DNA from: a bacterium
GTDB taxonomy: Bacteria > Patescibacteriota > Dojkabacteria > JAKAPS01 > JAJZLI01
Assembly: GCA_021785355.1 (NCBI GenBank)
Contig: JAJYFR010000001.1
Coordinates: 1,003 to 65,002 of the forward strand
Length of the DNA: 64,000 bases
Direction of reading: 5' to 3'
The position numbers and the translations under genes are program-made. This document shows positions 17,946 through 27,903 of the stretch, piece by piece (within the stretch, counting starts at the first letter, position 1; every line of letters begins with the position of its first letter). The notes beneath the pieces are model-generated. The model was given only the letters and a program-made list of their open reading frames with translations. It was not told the DNA's origin and did no database searches.

Positions 17946-20041
17946 TATGGAATAAGATTAATTCCTACTGTTTTTTGAAATATACCAATAGCTGTTCCAT
18001 CATATACAGCATTTCCAAAAGTATATATCCCTCCATCTTGGGTCAACAGATAATATCCTCCATTGTTTGATGTTACTACAAATGATTGAGGTGTAGTATT
18101 AGGTGCTCCCTGAATATTGAACATAGATCCATGAAATTGTGCATCTCCAAAAGTATATACTCCTCCATCTTGAGTGGTTATATAATAACCTGCGCCATCT
18201 GGTGTGAGTGCAAAATCAACTGCATTTTTATTGGGAGCATTAGGTATATTAAAGACAGATCCATGAAATTGTGCATCTCCAAAAGTATATACTGCGCCAT
18301 TAGATGTCATTATATAATAACCACCTCCATCAGGAGTCAGTGCGAAAGCAAGAGGCGTTCTGTCAGGAAGTGCAGATGCTGGGATATTAAATAGTGATCC
18401 GTGGAATTGTGCATCTCCAAAAGTATATACTCCTCCATCCGTAGTTAAAACATAATATCCTTTTCCATCAGGTGTAGTTACAATTGAGACTGGAGTTTTT
18501 ATTGGAGCATTAGGTATATTAAAAACAGATCCATAGAATTGAGCAGATCCAAATGTATATATTCCTCCATCAGTAGTTAGGATATAGTAGCCTGTATCAT
18601 TTGGTAGAGTTGCTAAACCTTGCGCATTTGAATCAGGAGCTCCATTTACATACGACATATCTCCATAATAATTTGCATTTCCAAATGCAAGAACTTTTCC
18701 TGCAGAAGAAAGTAGGGTATATGCACTGTTTATATTTGAAAAAATAGAATTTGTTGTAAAATATGTATTTATAGCTGATGTAAGGTTAGTTGACGGTTGT
18801 TCATAGCCTAATGTCCATAAACTAACTCCTCTAAGATTAGATTGTAAAACTTGAGAGTAAACTAAACCTAGTGATGTAGCATTAGAATAGTATCCTTGTC
18901 TTAACTGATCTGAGGAGGCACAGTTAGGTGGAGTATTATTAGAAGGATAGCAATATCCATACCAAGGAGTTGAGCTTTGTGAATCCCAATGCTTAGTATT
19001 TTGATTTTTATATTGATCATTTGTCTGACCATAAGGTTCATTTATTCCACTTCCTGATACAGTAGATGCATTTTGATTATTAGATGTTGTTTGATAATCA
19101 TTTCCATAATATGGAACACCTAAAATTATTTTATTAGGATTAATAGCTGATGCATAATCAAGAATTGTACGTCTAACATCATACCATAAAGGACCTGCTC
19201 CGTTATTATATCCTGTAAAAGGATTTACAGGCTCAGCTACACTGGATGAAGGAGTGTAATAATCATAAGCCATTACATTTAGAGCATCTGTAACGTTTGC
19301 AAGTTGAGGAACATTAAATAATGATCCTGTCCAACGTACTGCTGAAGCAAAAACATCTACACTAACAAAAGATCCTGGAATTTGAGAATGTGTTTGTTGA
19401 GTTAGATTAGAAATAAAAGTTGTAAAATTATTTATTGTTGTAGTGCTAGGTGTTCCTTGTGAAGGTTGATATTCAAAGTCTATATTTACTCCATCACAAT
19501 TAAATTTCTTTACTATAGATATAATATTATTAATAAAATTTTGAGCATTTGTTGTATTATTTACAACACTTTCAATGTCTGTGATATTAAATATTTTTGC
19601 AGAAATTATAACCCGTACATTTTTTGAATGGGCAGTGTTTACCATATCTGTAAATTGAGAAGAATTTAATCCAGCCCAACCACTTCCTCCTCCTGCGTTT
19701 GTTCCAAAATTACCATTACCATCTGATGTTATTCCAAAATAGTCTATTGTAGTAAGATTAGAATAAGGATATGAAGTATATGCACCAGAAGAAAGATCCC
19801 AATATGGAGCAAATCCCATAACCTCCTTTTGTAAACCTTGTGGGCCTAAACTCGCAAATTTCTTTAAAGGTTGAGGTTTACTAACAGCAGGTGTAAACGA
19901 ATATGTTTTATTTGAATAGAAAGAGTTTAGATAACTGTTTCCTTGATATGCTGAAGATGGAGGTGTACTCGCAAAAACTCTACCTGTTAGAGAAAGAGAG
20001 AATACTGTGAAAAATATAGAAAAAAATATTTTTTTAAACAT
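17945..20041 (-). CDS. Secreted glycoside hydrolase family 18 (chitinase/endo-beta-N-acetylglucosaminidase-like) with ~6 C-terminal repeats of the same family
   Basis: 698 aa with the signal peptide MFKKIFFSIFFTVFSLSLTGRVFA. GH18 motifs are GFAPYWD, the catalytic DGVNIDFEY (DxxDxDxE) and MAYDYY. The C-terminal repeats are GYYVLTTDGGVYTFGDAQFHGS. Confidence 0.8.
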   Translation of the reverse strand: MFKKIFFSIFFTVFSLSLTGRVFASTPPSSAYQGNSYLNSFYSNKTYSFTPAVSKPQPLKKFASLGPQGLQKEVMGFAPYWDLSSGAYTSYPYSNLTTIDYFGITSDGNGNFGTNAGGGSGWAGLNSSQFTDMVNTAHSKNVRVIISAKIFNITDIESVVNNTTNAQNFINNIISIVKKFNCDGVNIDFEYQPSQGTPSTTTINNFTTFISNLTQQTHSQIPGSFVSVDVFASAVRWTGSLFNVPQLANVTDALNVMAYDYYTPSSSVAEPVNPFTGYNNGAGPLWYDVRRTILDYASAINPNKIILGVPYYGNDYQTTSNNQNASTVSGSGINEPYGQTNDQYKNQNTKHWDSQSSTPWYGYCYPSNNTPPNCASSDQLRQGYYSNATSLGLVYSQVLQSNLRGVSLWTLGYEQPSTNLTSAINTYFTTNSIFSNINSAYTLLSSAGKVLAFGNANYYGDMSYVNGAPDSNAQGLATLPNDTGYYILTTDGGIYTFGSAQFYGSVFNIPNAPIKTPVSIVTTPDGKGYYVLTTDGGVYTFGDAQFHGSLFNIPASALPDRTPLAFALTPDGGGYYIMTSNGAVYTFGDAQFHGSVFNIPNAPNKNAVDFALTPDGAGYYITTQDGGVYTFGDAQFHGSMFNIQGAPNTTPQSFVVTSNNGGYYLLTQDGGIYTFGNAVYDGTAIGIFQKTVGINLIP

Positions 20042-20155
20042 AATTTAATATAACATATTATTATCTATACAAGCAAAATATGAGTTCTATTTTATAAAAA
20101 AATGCCAAGAGAATATAGAACTGCAGTGCATGATGTAATTATACAAGTTTCCCTA

Positions 20156-20217
20156 AACCGATAAATTATGTCAAATTCTTGGGTTGTAACCGATAAATTA
20201 CCTTGAATTCTTGGGTT
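20156..20217. repeat. Two tandem imperfect 30-bp direct repeats, AACCGATAAATTA-N5-AATTCTTGGGTT, in a divergent intergenic region
   Basis: aaccgataaattatgtcaaattcttgggtt at 20156..20185 and aaccgataaattaccttgaattcttgggtt at 20188..20217, lying between the divergent starts at 20041 (-) and 20342 (+). Confidence 0.6.
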
Positions 20218-20341
20218 CTAGTTTTGAATATTTCAATTTATACTATTAACTCTCTTACTTTTATTTATATATAATATTTTTATCTACACTAATTTAAATA
20301 CATTTATAGATTCTGAATAAGTAAATATAATATATGTAAAT

Positions 20342-22147
20342 ATGAAATGTTATGGTAAAATCCTATATTGTATGAGCATTATAAGTCTATCTAAAAAAAG
20401 TATTTTCTATATTAAAAATTTTGGTGTAAAAGAATTTTTGAGAAAAACTAAAGGTTATCTTTCATCAAGGATTATTAGAAAGAAAGATAATATTGCATAT
20501 TCAAAATTAGTAAAGTTAGAAAAATTTAATGAGACAAAAATAAAAAAAGAGATTGAAAAATTCAAATATAAACCACTTCTTTCTATAATAATACCTACAT
20601 ACAATACCCCCATCCCTCTTATTAAAGAGACAATAGAGAGTGTTAAAAAACAGTTTTATAAAAATTTTGAAGTTATAGTATATGATGATGCATCAAAAGA
20701 TGAGAACTTTAAAAAATATCTAGAAAGAATTAATAAAGGTAATATTAAAGTTTTCTTATCAAAAAAAAATAATGGGATATCTAAATCTTCTAATATGGCA
20801 GTAAAAAAATCTAAAGGAGAGTATTTAGTATTTCTTGACCATGATGATACTCTCTCTCAAGATGCTTTATTTGAAACTGTAAAATTTCTAAATAATAAAA
20901 GAGTAGATTACATATATTCAGATGAAGATAAACTCTCTTATAAAGGAGAAAGAGAAGATCCTTTTTTTAAACCTGATTTTTCATATGATCTCCTACTTTC
21001 ATGTATGTATATAACACATATAAGGGTAATCAGAAAATCTACATTTTTAAAATTACATGGCTTAAATTCAAAATTTGATGGTGCTCAAGATTGGGATTTT
21101 GCACTAAGGTTATATGAGAATAAAGCTTTGTTTGGACATATTCCTAAAATTCTATACCACTGGAGAAAAACTGCTAATTCTACAGCTGATGATGCATCTG
21201 GTGCAAAATCATATGCATATAAAAGACAACAGACTCTAATAGAAGAACATTTAAAAAGAATGAGTGTAAATGCAATAGTAAAACAAGGGTTTTTTAAAGG
21301 TTCATATAAAGTTGAAAGAAATATAGAAGGCGAACCTAAAGTTGAGATAATAATTCCATTTAAAGATAAAGTAGAGTATCTAAAAGACTGTGTTGGAAGT
21401 ATAGAGAAGATAAGTACTTATAAAAATTATGAAATTTGTCTTATAAATAATGACAGTAGAGAAGAGGAAACTTTTGAATATCTTAAAAATTTAAAAAAAG
21501 ATCATAGAATTACTATTCTTGATTATAAAAAAGAATTTAACTATTCTTTGATTAATAATTTTGCTGTTAAAAAAACTGAAAGTGATTATCTCTTGTTTTT
21601 AAATAATGATACTAAAATAATAACACCACAATGGATAGAGGAGATGCTTTCACACGCTCAAAGAAAAGAAGTAGGGGCAGTAGGAGGTTTGCTTTTATAT
21701 AAAGATGGAACAATTCAACATGCAGGAATTGTTATTGGTTTAGGAGGAGTTGCTGCACATTCTCACAGAGGATTTCCTGGTGCATCAAATGGGCATGGAG
21801 GTCTAGTAAGTTGTGTGCGAGATGTTTCTGCTGTAACAGCAGCATGTATGATGGTTAAAAGATCGAAATTTCTTCAAATTAAAGGTTTTGATGAAAATTT
21901 AAAAATAGCATATAACGATGTGGATCTTTGCTTAAGACTTGAAAGATTAGGTTTAAGAAATATATATACTCCATATATGAAGATATATCATTATGAAACA
22001 AAAACAAGAAAAAAAACTAAGGGAGAAAATATTAAAGATACAGGATTTTTTTTGAAAAGATGGAAATATATTTTAAAAAAAGGAGATCCATTCTATAATC
22101 CTAATCTCACTCACTCAAAAGAAGATTACTCCTTTAGAGCAGTGTAA
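20342..22147 (+). CDS. Two-domain glycosyltransferase (tandem GT2 domains)
   Basis: 601 aa. Domain 1 has LSIIIPTYN...YDDAS...DHDD, and domain 2 has VEIIIPFKD...NNDSRE. This resembles polymerising two-GT2 enzymes. The exact start is uncertain. Confidence 0.75.
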   Translation: MKCYGKILYCMSIISLSKKSIFYIKNFGVKEFLRKTKGYLSSRIIRKKDNIAYSKLVKLEKFNETKIKKEIEKFKYKPLLSIIIPTYNTPIPLIKETIESVKKQFYKNFEVIVYDDASKDENFKKYLERINKGNIKVFLSKKNNGISKSSNMAVKKSKGEYLVFLDHDDTLSQDALFETVKFLNNKRVDYIYSDEDKLSYKGEREDPFFKPDFSYDLLLSCMYITHIRVIRKSTFLKLHGLNSKFDGAQDWDFALRLYENKALFGHIPKILYHWRKTANSTADDASGAKSYAYKRQQTLIEEHLKRMSVNAIVKQGFFKGSYKVERNIEGEPKVEIIIPFKDKVEYLKDCVGSIEKISTYKNYEICLINNDSREEETFEYLKNLKKDHRITILDYKKEFNYSLINNFAVKKTESDYLLFLNNDTKIITPQWIEEMLSHAQRKEVGAVGGLLLYKDGTIQHAGIVIGLGGVAAHSHRGFPGASNGHGGLVSCVRDVSAVTAACMMVKRSKFLQIKGFDENLKIAYNDVDLCLRLERLGLRNIYTPYMKIYHYETKTRKKTKGENIKDTGFFLKRWKYILKKGDPFYNPNLTHSKEDYSFRAV

Positions 22148-22414
22148 GAATTTTTAAGTTAAAAGTTCTATCACTAATTTATTTATAATATCTTTTTAAA
22201 CATGAGATTTTACCTTATAGTCTTAAAATTACTTTGTAGAAAGATTAAATATTGAATAATATAAAACTTATTATAATGTGCGTAATGAGTGCTTAATATT
22301 GATGAAATTTTCAATAAATGCTATATTCTAGTTAAAATATTGGATATTCTCTTGTCAGAAAAATTGCAAGTGTTCGTAATATGGTAATTTTTATATACTT
22401 ATATAATTTTCAAA

Positions 22415-25387
22415 ATGAATGATAATATAAAAAATGATATTGTTGATAATATATCTAAGTTTTTAGAAAAAGAAAAAAGTTATGTTTTGAAAAAAGTTAA
22501 TTATGAAATTAATAATCCAGGAAGAACGGTTGCTAATGCTTGGAATAAGATAAACCCAAAAACAGAGATTGAAATAGAAGATTTCTATAAGAAAACTGAT
22601 TCATACATTTATGATCTGTTAATTGAAAGCTCTAGAACTTCACGTATTGAATGGAGAGATAGCATTCTTTTCTATTTATCTTTATATGAGGACAAAAAGA
22701 CATTATTGGATTATGGAGGAGGTGTTGGTACAGACGGCCTATACTTTCAAGAATGTGGATATGATACATCCTATTATGATTTAAAAGGGTTAACTTTTGA
22801 TTTTGCAAAGTATAGATTTAACAAATATAATTCAGAAATAAAGGTTCTTGAGAATAAGAATAATATTAAATCTTATGATTCTATTGTCTGCTTAGAAGTA
22901 ATGGAGCATTTAGTAGATCCAATAGACACTTTAAAATTTTTATATACTAAACTTAATAAAAATGGATTGTTATTTTTAACTCAATCGTTTGATTTAGTAT
23001 CAAAAGATTATCCTTCGCATCTAAAAGAAAATCAAAAATACAGTAAAGATTTTGAAAAAATTTGCGTAGATTTAGGCTTTACAATATTAGATAAAATTTC
23101 AAATGATAGGATTTATGTTTTAGGTAAATTTGGTGGAGTAGATATTATAGTTCCCACATATAATTCTTATGAATATGTATATGATTGTATAAATAGTGTA
23201 ATTGAAAATACCAATGATACTCCATATAGATTTGTATTTGTAAATGATTGTAGTACGGATATAAGAATTCATAAGTTTTTTAATAAAATAAAAAGAGATA
23301 AGGATATCTATATAAAAAATAAAAAAAACTTAGGTTTTGTTAAAACAACAAATATAGGTCTTTCTCAATCTAAAGAAAATGATGTGGTACTTCTAAATAC
23401 AGATACTGTAGTTACATATAAATGGTTATCTTCTATAAGAAAGGTAATTTATAAAAAACAAAAATATGCTACGGCTAATCCCCTTACAAATAATGCGTCT
23501 ATCTATTCTATCCTCGAGTTATCACACCTAGCAGATAACGTTAATATACAAAAAATAGGTAAAATAATTAATAAATCATCTATGCACTTATATCCAGAGA
23601 TACCAGTATCTGTTGGATTCTGTATGTATATAAAAAGAGAGGTACTCAATAAGATAGGTATACTAGATGAAATATTTGAAAGAGGCTATGGAGAGGAAGG
23701 AGATTTTTGCATGAGATGTAGAGTTAATGGTTACTCTCACATATTAGTAGATGATGCATTTGTATTTCATAAAGGAAGTGTATCCATGCTACTTAAAGGA
23801 GAGATTAAAAAGGGAGAATCTACAATAGAAGCTCATGAGAAAATTTTACATAAAAGATATCCTGATTATGGAGCTATAATAAATAATTTTATTGAGACAA
23901 GAGTTTTCAACAATATAAAGAATAGTATAATTCAATCTGTAACATCTTCTTTAAGCTTAAACAAGAGAAGGATATTGTATGTTATTCACTTTCCTATTAA
24001 CGGAGATAATATTGGAGGAACTGAATTTCATTTAAAAGATTTAGTAAATAATATTGATAATAAAATTGATTGCTATGTTTTGTATATTAAAGATAACAAG
24101 ATTATTGTTGAAGAGTATGTTGATAATATAAAGACTTCTTACCTTTTTGATATTCCATATCCTTTGCAATCTTATTTATTTAGGAATGATTTTTTATATT
24201 ACAAATATATAGAAATCTTAAAAATTCTCAATATAAACCTAATACATGTACAACATCTACTAAATAATAGTTTTGATATTATTTTTTCCGCTAAATCTTT
24301 AGGTATTCCTATTATTATGACAATACATGATTATTATTTGATTTCTCCAGATTACAATCTATTGTATAGATATAAGGACGAAATTTACAATAAAGATATA
24401 GTTCCAGATAGTAAATATTTTGAAAAGAAACTTCTTATTAAAAATTTTAAACAAGAAGATTGGCAAAAAAATATTAGTAAAGTAATATCATTAGTAAATC
24501 TTTTTATATTTCCTAGTGAGAGTGCAAAATCAGAATTTAGTAATGTTTATAATATAAAAAACTCATTAGTAATAGAACATGGAGAAACTTTAGTGCCAGA
24601 TAAAAATTTTAATATAGGATCAATCAAGATGGCAGATAAAAAGAAATTCAGTATTTTGTTCTTAGGATACACAAATGCATCTCAAAAAGGAAATAATACT
24701 TTAAAAAAAGTTATTACATCTCTTTCAAATAGAGGTGTAGAGATACATTTATTAGGAACAGAAGAACTCTACTGGAAGAATATTCATAAACAAAATTTGA
24801 TTTTACATGGATCTTACAAAAGAAATAATGTTGTGGAAATTTTGAAAAAAATTAATCCAGATATAATTGGATTAGTATCCATTTGGCCAGAAACTTTTTC
24901 ATATACCTTTAGTGAAGCATTGTTAGCAAAAATCCCGGTAGTCACTTTTCCTTTGGGTGCGGTACCAGAGAGGATAAAAAAATATGGGGGAGGTGGATTT
25001 ATACTAAATAGTCTGTCTTCTGATGAATTTATAAAGACTATCATCTCGCTAAAGAAAAATAATGTTGAATATAAAAAACTAAAAAATGAGACTAAAGAAA
25101 TACATGTTAAAACTTTAAATGAAAATATTAAAGAGTATTTAGATTTATATGAAAAATATGTTTATATCAAAGATTTGAATCATACTAATGAAGATATAAA
25201 GAGAATATCTTCTGAGCATTATTCTACTTATATAGAGGAAAAAAGATTAATACAAAACGCTATAAATGAGAAAAATTTATTATTATTTCACTTAAATAAT
25301 ATACAAAATAGTATTATATGGAAATATATTATTAGTAATTATCTGAGATTAAAAAATGTTTTATATGAAATTAAAAAAATACGATAA
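22415..25387 (+). CDS. Trifunctional fusion: class I SAM-dependent methyltransferase, then GT2, then GT4 glycosyltransferase
   Basis: 990 aa. The N-terminal LDYGGGVGTDG is a methyltransferase motif I. The middle VDIIVPTYN...VNDCSTD is a GT2 domain. The C-terminal PETFSYTFSEALLAKIPVV is a GT4 EX7E-like motif. Confidence 0.75.
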   Translation: MNDNIKNDIVDNISKFLEKEKSYVLKKVNYEINNPGRTVANAWNKINPKTEIEIEDFYKKTDSYIYDLLIESSRTSRIEWRDSILFYLSLYEDKKTLLDYGGGVGTDGLYFQECGYDTSYYDLKGLTFDFAKYRFNKYNSEIKVLENKNNIKSYDSIVCLEVMEHLVDPIDTLKFLYTKLNKNGLLFLTQSFDLVSKDYPSHLKENQKYSKDFEKICVDLGFTILDKISNDRIYVLGKFGGVDIIVPTYNSYEYVYDCINSVIENTNDTPYRFVFVNDCSTDIRIHKFFNKIKRDKDIYIKNKKNLGFVKTTNIGLSQSKENDVVLLNTDTVVTYKWLSSIRKVIYKKQKYATANPLTNNASIYSILELSHLADNVNIQKIGKIINKSSMHLYPEIPVSVGFCMYIKREVLNKIGILDEIFERGYGEEGDFCMRCRVNGYSHILVDDAFVFHKGSVSMLLKGEIKKGESTIEAHEKILHKRYPDYGAIINNFIETRVFNNIKNSIIQSVTSSLSLNKRRILYVIHFPINGDNIGGTEFHLKDLVNNIDNKIDCYVLYIKDNKIIVEEYVDNIKTSYLFDIPYPLQSYLFRNDFLYYKYIEILKILNINLIHVQHLLNNSFDIIFSAKSLGIPIIMTIHDYYLISPDYNLLYRYKDEIYNKDIVPDSKYFEKKLLIKNFKQEDWQKNISKVISLVNLFIFPSESAKSEFSNVYNIKNSLVIEHGETLVPDKNFNIGSIKMADKKKFSILFLGYTNASQKGNNTLKKVITSLSNRGVEIHLLGTEELYWKNIHKQNLILHGSYKRNNVVEILKKINPDIIGLVSIWPETFSYTFSEALLAKIPVVTFPLGAVPERIKKYGGGGFILNSLSSDEFIKTIISLKKNNVEYKKLKNETKEIHVKTLNENIKEYLDLYEKYVYIKDLNHTNEDIKRISSEHYSTYIEEKRLIQNAINEKNLLLFHLNNIQNSIIWKYIISNYLRLKNVLYEIKKIR

Positions 25388-26771
25388 ATCAATAATTTTT
25401 ATAATTTTCACTATATTTATATCTTTGTTAATTTGGTGGATATCTTTACCTGTATTTCAATCTTTTGATGAACCCGCTCATTTTGCTCAGATACAACATA
25501 TAGCAGAAACTAACCAATATGATATGAATAATACAATAAGTAATGAGCAATTTTTATTAGAAAATTTTTTAAAATTTAATATATTTAATGCTAATGTGAA
25601 TTCTCAATATCATTTTATAAGTAAAAACTATAATATAAGAAAATATATATTTGATAAAAAATCAAATACTAAGATTAATAGAAATACATTTACACATGTA
25701 GCTATAGTTGAGAATTACCCCCCACTTTATTATTATATATCAGCAGTTGTATATAAAATTACTAAACAAAAGAGTATATTTTTTAGTATAGAAGCTATTC
25801 GTTTTATATCTATATTCTTTTTTCTAATTACATTGATATTCTCCTATAAAATTGCTTTATTAATATTTCCAGAAGATATCTGGATACAATATTGTACAGT
25901 AATTTTTATAGGGTTTTTGCCTATGTTATCGCAATTGTCAGTATCTATTAATCCAGATAATTTATTAATAACATTGTTTACGCTGTTTACTTATTATTCA
26001 CTTAAACTATTAAGATCTAGCGGTTTTTCTCAAAAAACAAATATAGTATTAGTAATAATATTATTATTAGGTTTCATGACAAAACAAAGTGCTTATATAC
26101 TATGTATTCCTTATTTGTTTTTAATAGGGTATAAATTAAAAAATAAAAAACTGTCATTAAGATATAAACAAATATTAATTTTAGGTTTTTTTTTCTTAAT
26201 ATTAATATTTTTCTTTTTAAAAGGATTTACATTAATATTTGATTATATAAGTGGTACATTTAATAGTTGGAAATATTTTTCTCCACTAGACTATATTTAC
26301 AAATATTCTACAAATTATTTTTTTAATGGATATGTATTTCAATCTTTTTGGGGAGCTTTTGGTTGGGGATTTTTTAAATTTCCTCAACAATATTATGATA
26401 TTTTATACTTATTTTTAAGTACATCAATTATTGGGATAATAATATATTACTATAATTTAACTTATATAACTAAAAAAAATAGGAAACTTTTGTATACAAT
26501 TAATTATTTAATAATATTATCATTAACATATTCTTTATTTCTTGTATATTTAGATTTTATATCTATAAAAAATACTGGGACATTTTTTATACAAGGGCAT
26601 TATTTTTTTGAAATAATAACTGCGAATACAATTCTGTTTCTTTTCGGAATAGGAGAATTTTTTAAAAGGTTTAAATTAAAAAATACAATCTATTTCATAA
26701 TAATAATAGGAATAGTTTTGTTAAATACAACAGGATTATTTCAAATATTAATAAATAAATTCTATTTATAG
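25356..26771 (+). CDS. Polytopic membrane glycosyltransferase of the GT-C fold (ArnT/PMT-like) or related glycan polymerase
   Basis: 471 aa with more than 10 TM helices. An SFDEPAH acidic motif in the first predicted external loop is typical of GT-C enzymes. The start may be the Met at 25365 instead; the given start overlaps the upstream gene by 32 nt. Confidence 0.55.
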   Translation: MFYMKLKKYDKSIIFIIFTIFISLLIWWISLPVFQSFDEPAHFAQIQHIAETNQYDMNNTISNEQFLLENFLKFNIFNANVNSQYHFISKNYNIRKYIFDKKSNTKINRNTFTHVAIVENYPPLYYYISAVVYKITKQKSIFFSIEAIRFISIFFFLITLIFSYKIALLIFPEDIWIQYCTVIFIGFLPMLSQLSVSINPDNLLITLFTLFTYYSLKLLRSSGFSQKTNIVLVIILLLGFMTKQSAYILCIPYLFLIGYKLKNKKLSLRYKQILILGFFFLILIFFFLKGFTLIFDYISGTFNSWKYFSPLDYIYKYSTNYFFNGYVFQSFWGAFGWGFFKFPQQYYDILYLFLSTSIIGIIIYYYNLTYITKKNRKLLYTINYLIILSLTYSLFLVYLDFISIKNTGTFFIQGHYFFEIITANTILFLFGIGEFFKRFKLKNTIYFIIIIGIVLLNTTGLFQILINKFYL

Positions 26772-26778
26772 GTGGATT

Positions 26779-27594
26779 ATGGAAAGATTTAATATAAAAA
26801 AAATTAGAATATTAGTTACCTTTATAATATCTATAGTTATTTTATATATATTTTTTATGGCTTCCTTTTTTTATATTGTAAATCAATATGTCGTTCAGAA
26901 TAAGTTCCACTATCAAACCCCAGAAAATTTATTAAGAATAAATAATAAAAAGATAATTACAGAAACTTTTTATATAAATAATTATAATTTAAGTAGCATA
27001 AACTTATTTCTTATAAATAATAGTACCTCTAATTTTAACCGTAATATTACAAATACCATTAAGGTGGTTGTAAAATCACACAATAAAGATTTTTGTTCTC
27101 AAATAATTCCTATAATATATATAAAGACTAATTCATTGAATTCTATTAATTGTGGTTTGAAAAATAAACAATTATATACAATAGAGATAATGGGAGAAAA
27201 TATAATAAAAACAGAAAATATTGATATTGCTGTAGTAAAATCTAATAGTAATATAATTTATAATAGAAAAAAGATAAAAGGTGGAATATTAATGGGCTTT
27301 ACTTATAATTTAGGTGCATTTAATCTAAAAAACATAAAAAATTCATGGTATGTTTTGAAAAGATACATGAGTGAATATAAGCCAGGTTTTATGACAAATT
27401 TTTATATATATATTTTTTTTGGAATATATTTTATTTTTATACCTTTATTAATAATATTTATAATATGTAAATATTATTCAGATATTAAAATACAAAAGCA
27501 GGATGTATTAAAGGTTATAATTCTTATTACTATATTAATAATATTATATTTATTCTTACATACACATTCTTATAATCAAGCCACATTTGCTTGA
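26779..27594 (+). CDS. Hypothetical membrane protein (N- and C-terminal TM helices)
   Basis: 271 aa, Asn/Ile-rich, co-oriented with the glycosylation genes upstream. Confidence 0.45.
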   Translation: MERFNIKKIRILVTFIISIVILYIFFMASFFYIVNQYVVQNKFHYQTPENLLRINNKKIITETFYINNYNLSSINLFLINNSTSNFNRNITNTIKVVVKSHNKDFCSQIIPIIYIKTNSLNSINCGLKNKQLYTIEIMGENIIKTENIDIAVVKSNSNIIYNRKKIKGGILMGFTYNLGAFNLKNIKNSWYVLKRYMSEYKPGFMTNFYIYIFFGIYFIFIPLLIIFIICKYYSDIKIQKQDVLKVIILITILIILYLFLHTHSYNQATFA

Positions 27595-27903
27595 AATATT
27601 ATGGGATTAAATTTGGGCATTCTAAATATTTTTCTAAATTTGTTTAGGTATAAGTAATATAATTCTTAATATGAAAATGGTAATATTAATCTTAACTTTT
27701 CTAAATTTAGAGGAATAGATAAAGAGGGGAAAATATAATCTAAAGAATTAAAAAAAATAAGTAATCTATTATTTGGAAGAATATCTAGAATTTTATATTT
27801 TAAATATTTTTATATTATTTCAATTTATGCGAAAATACTAGAGGATATATTTGTCATAAAAAAGCTTTAAATAGAGTAAATACTTAACATTCAGTATGTG
27901 TTA

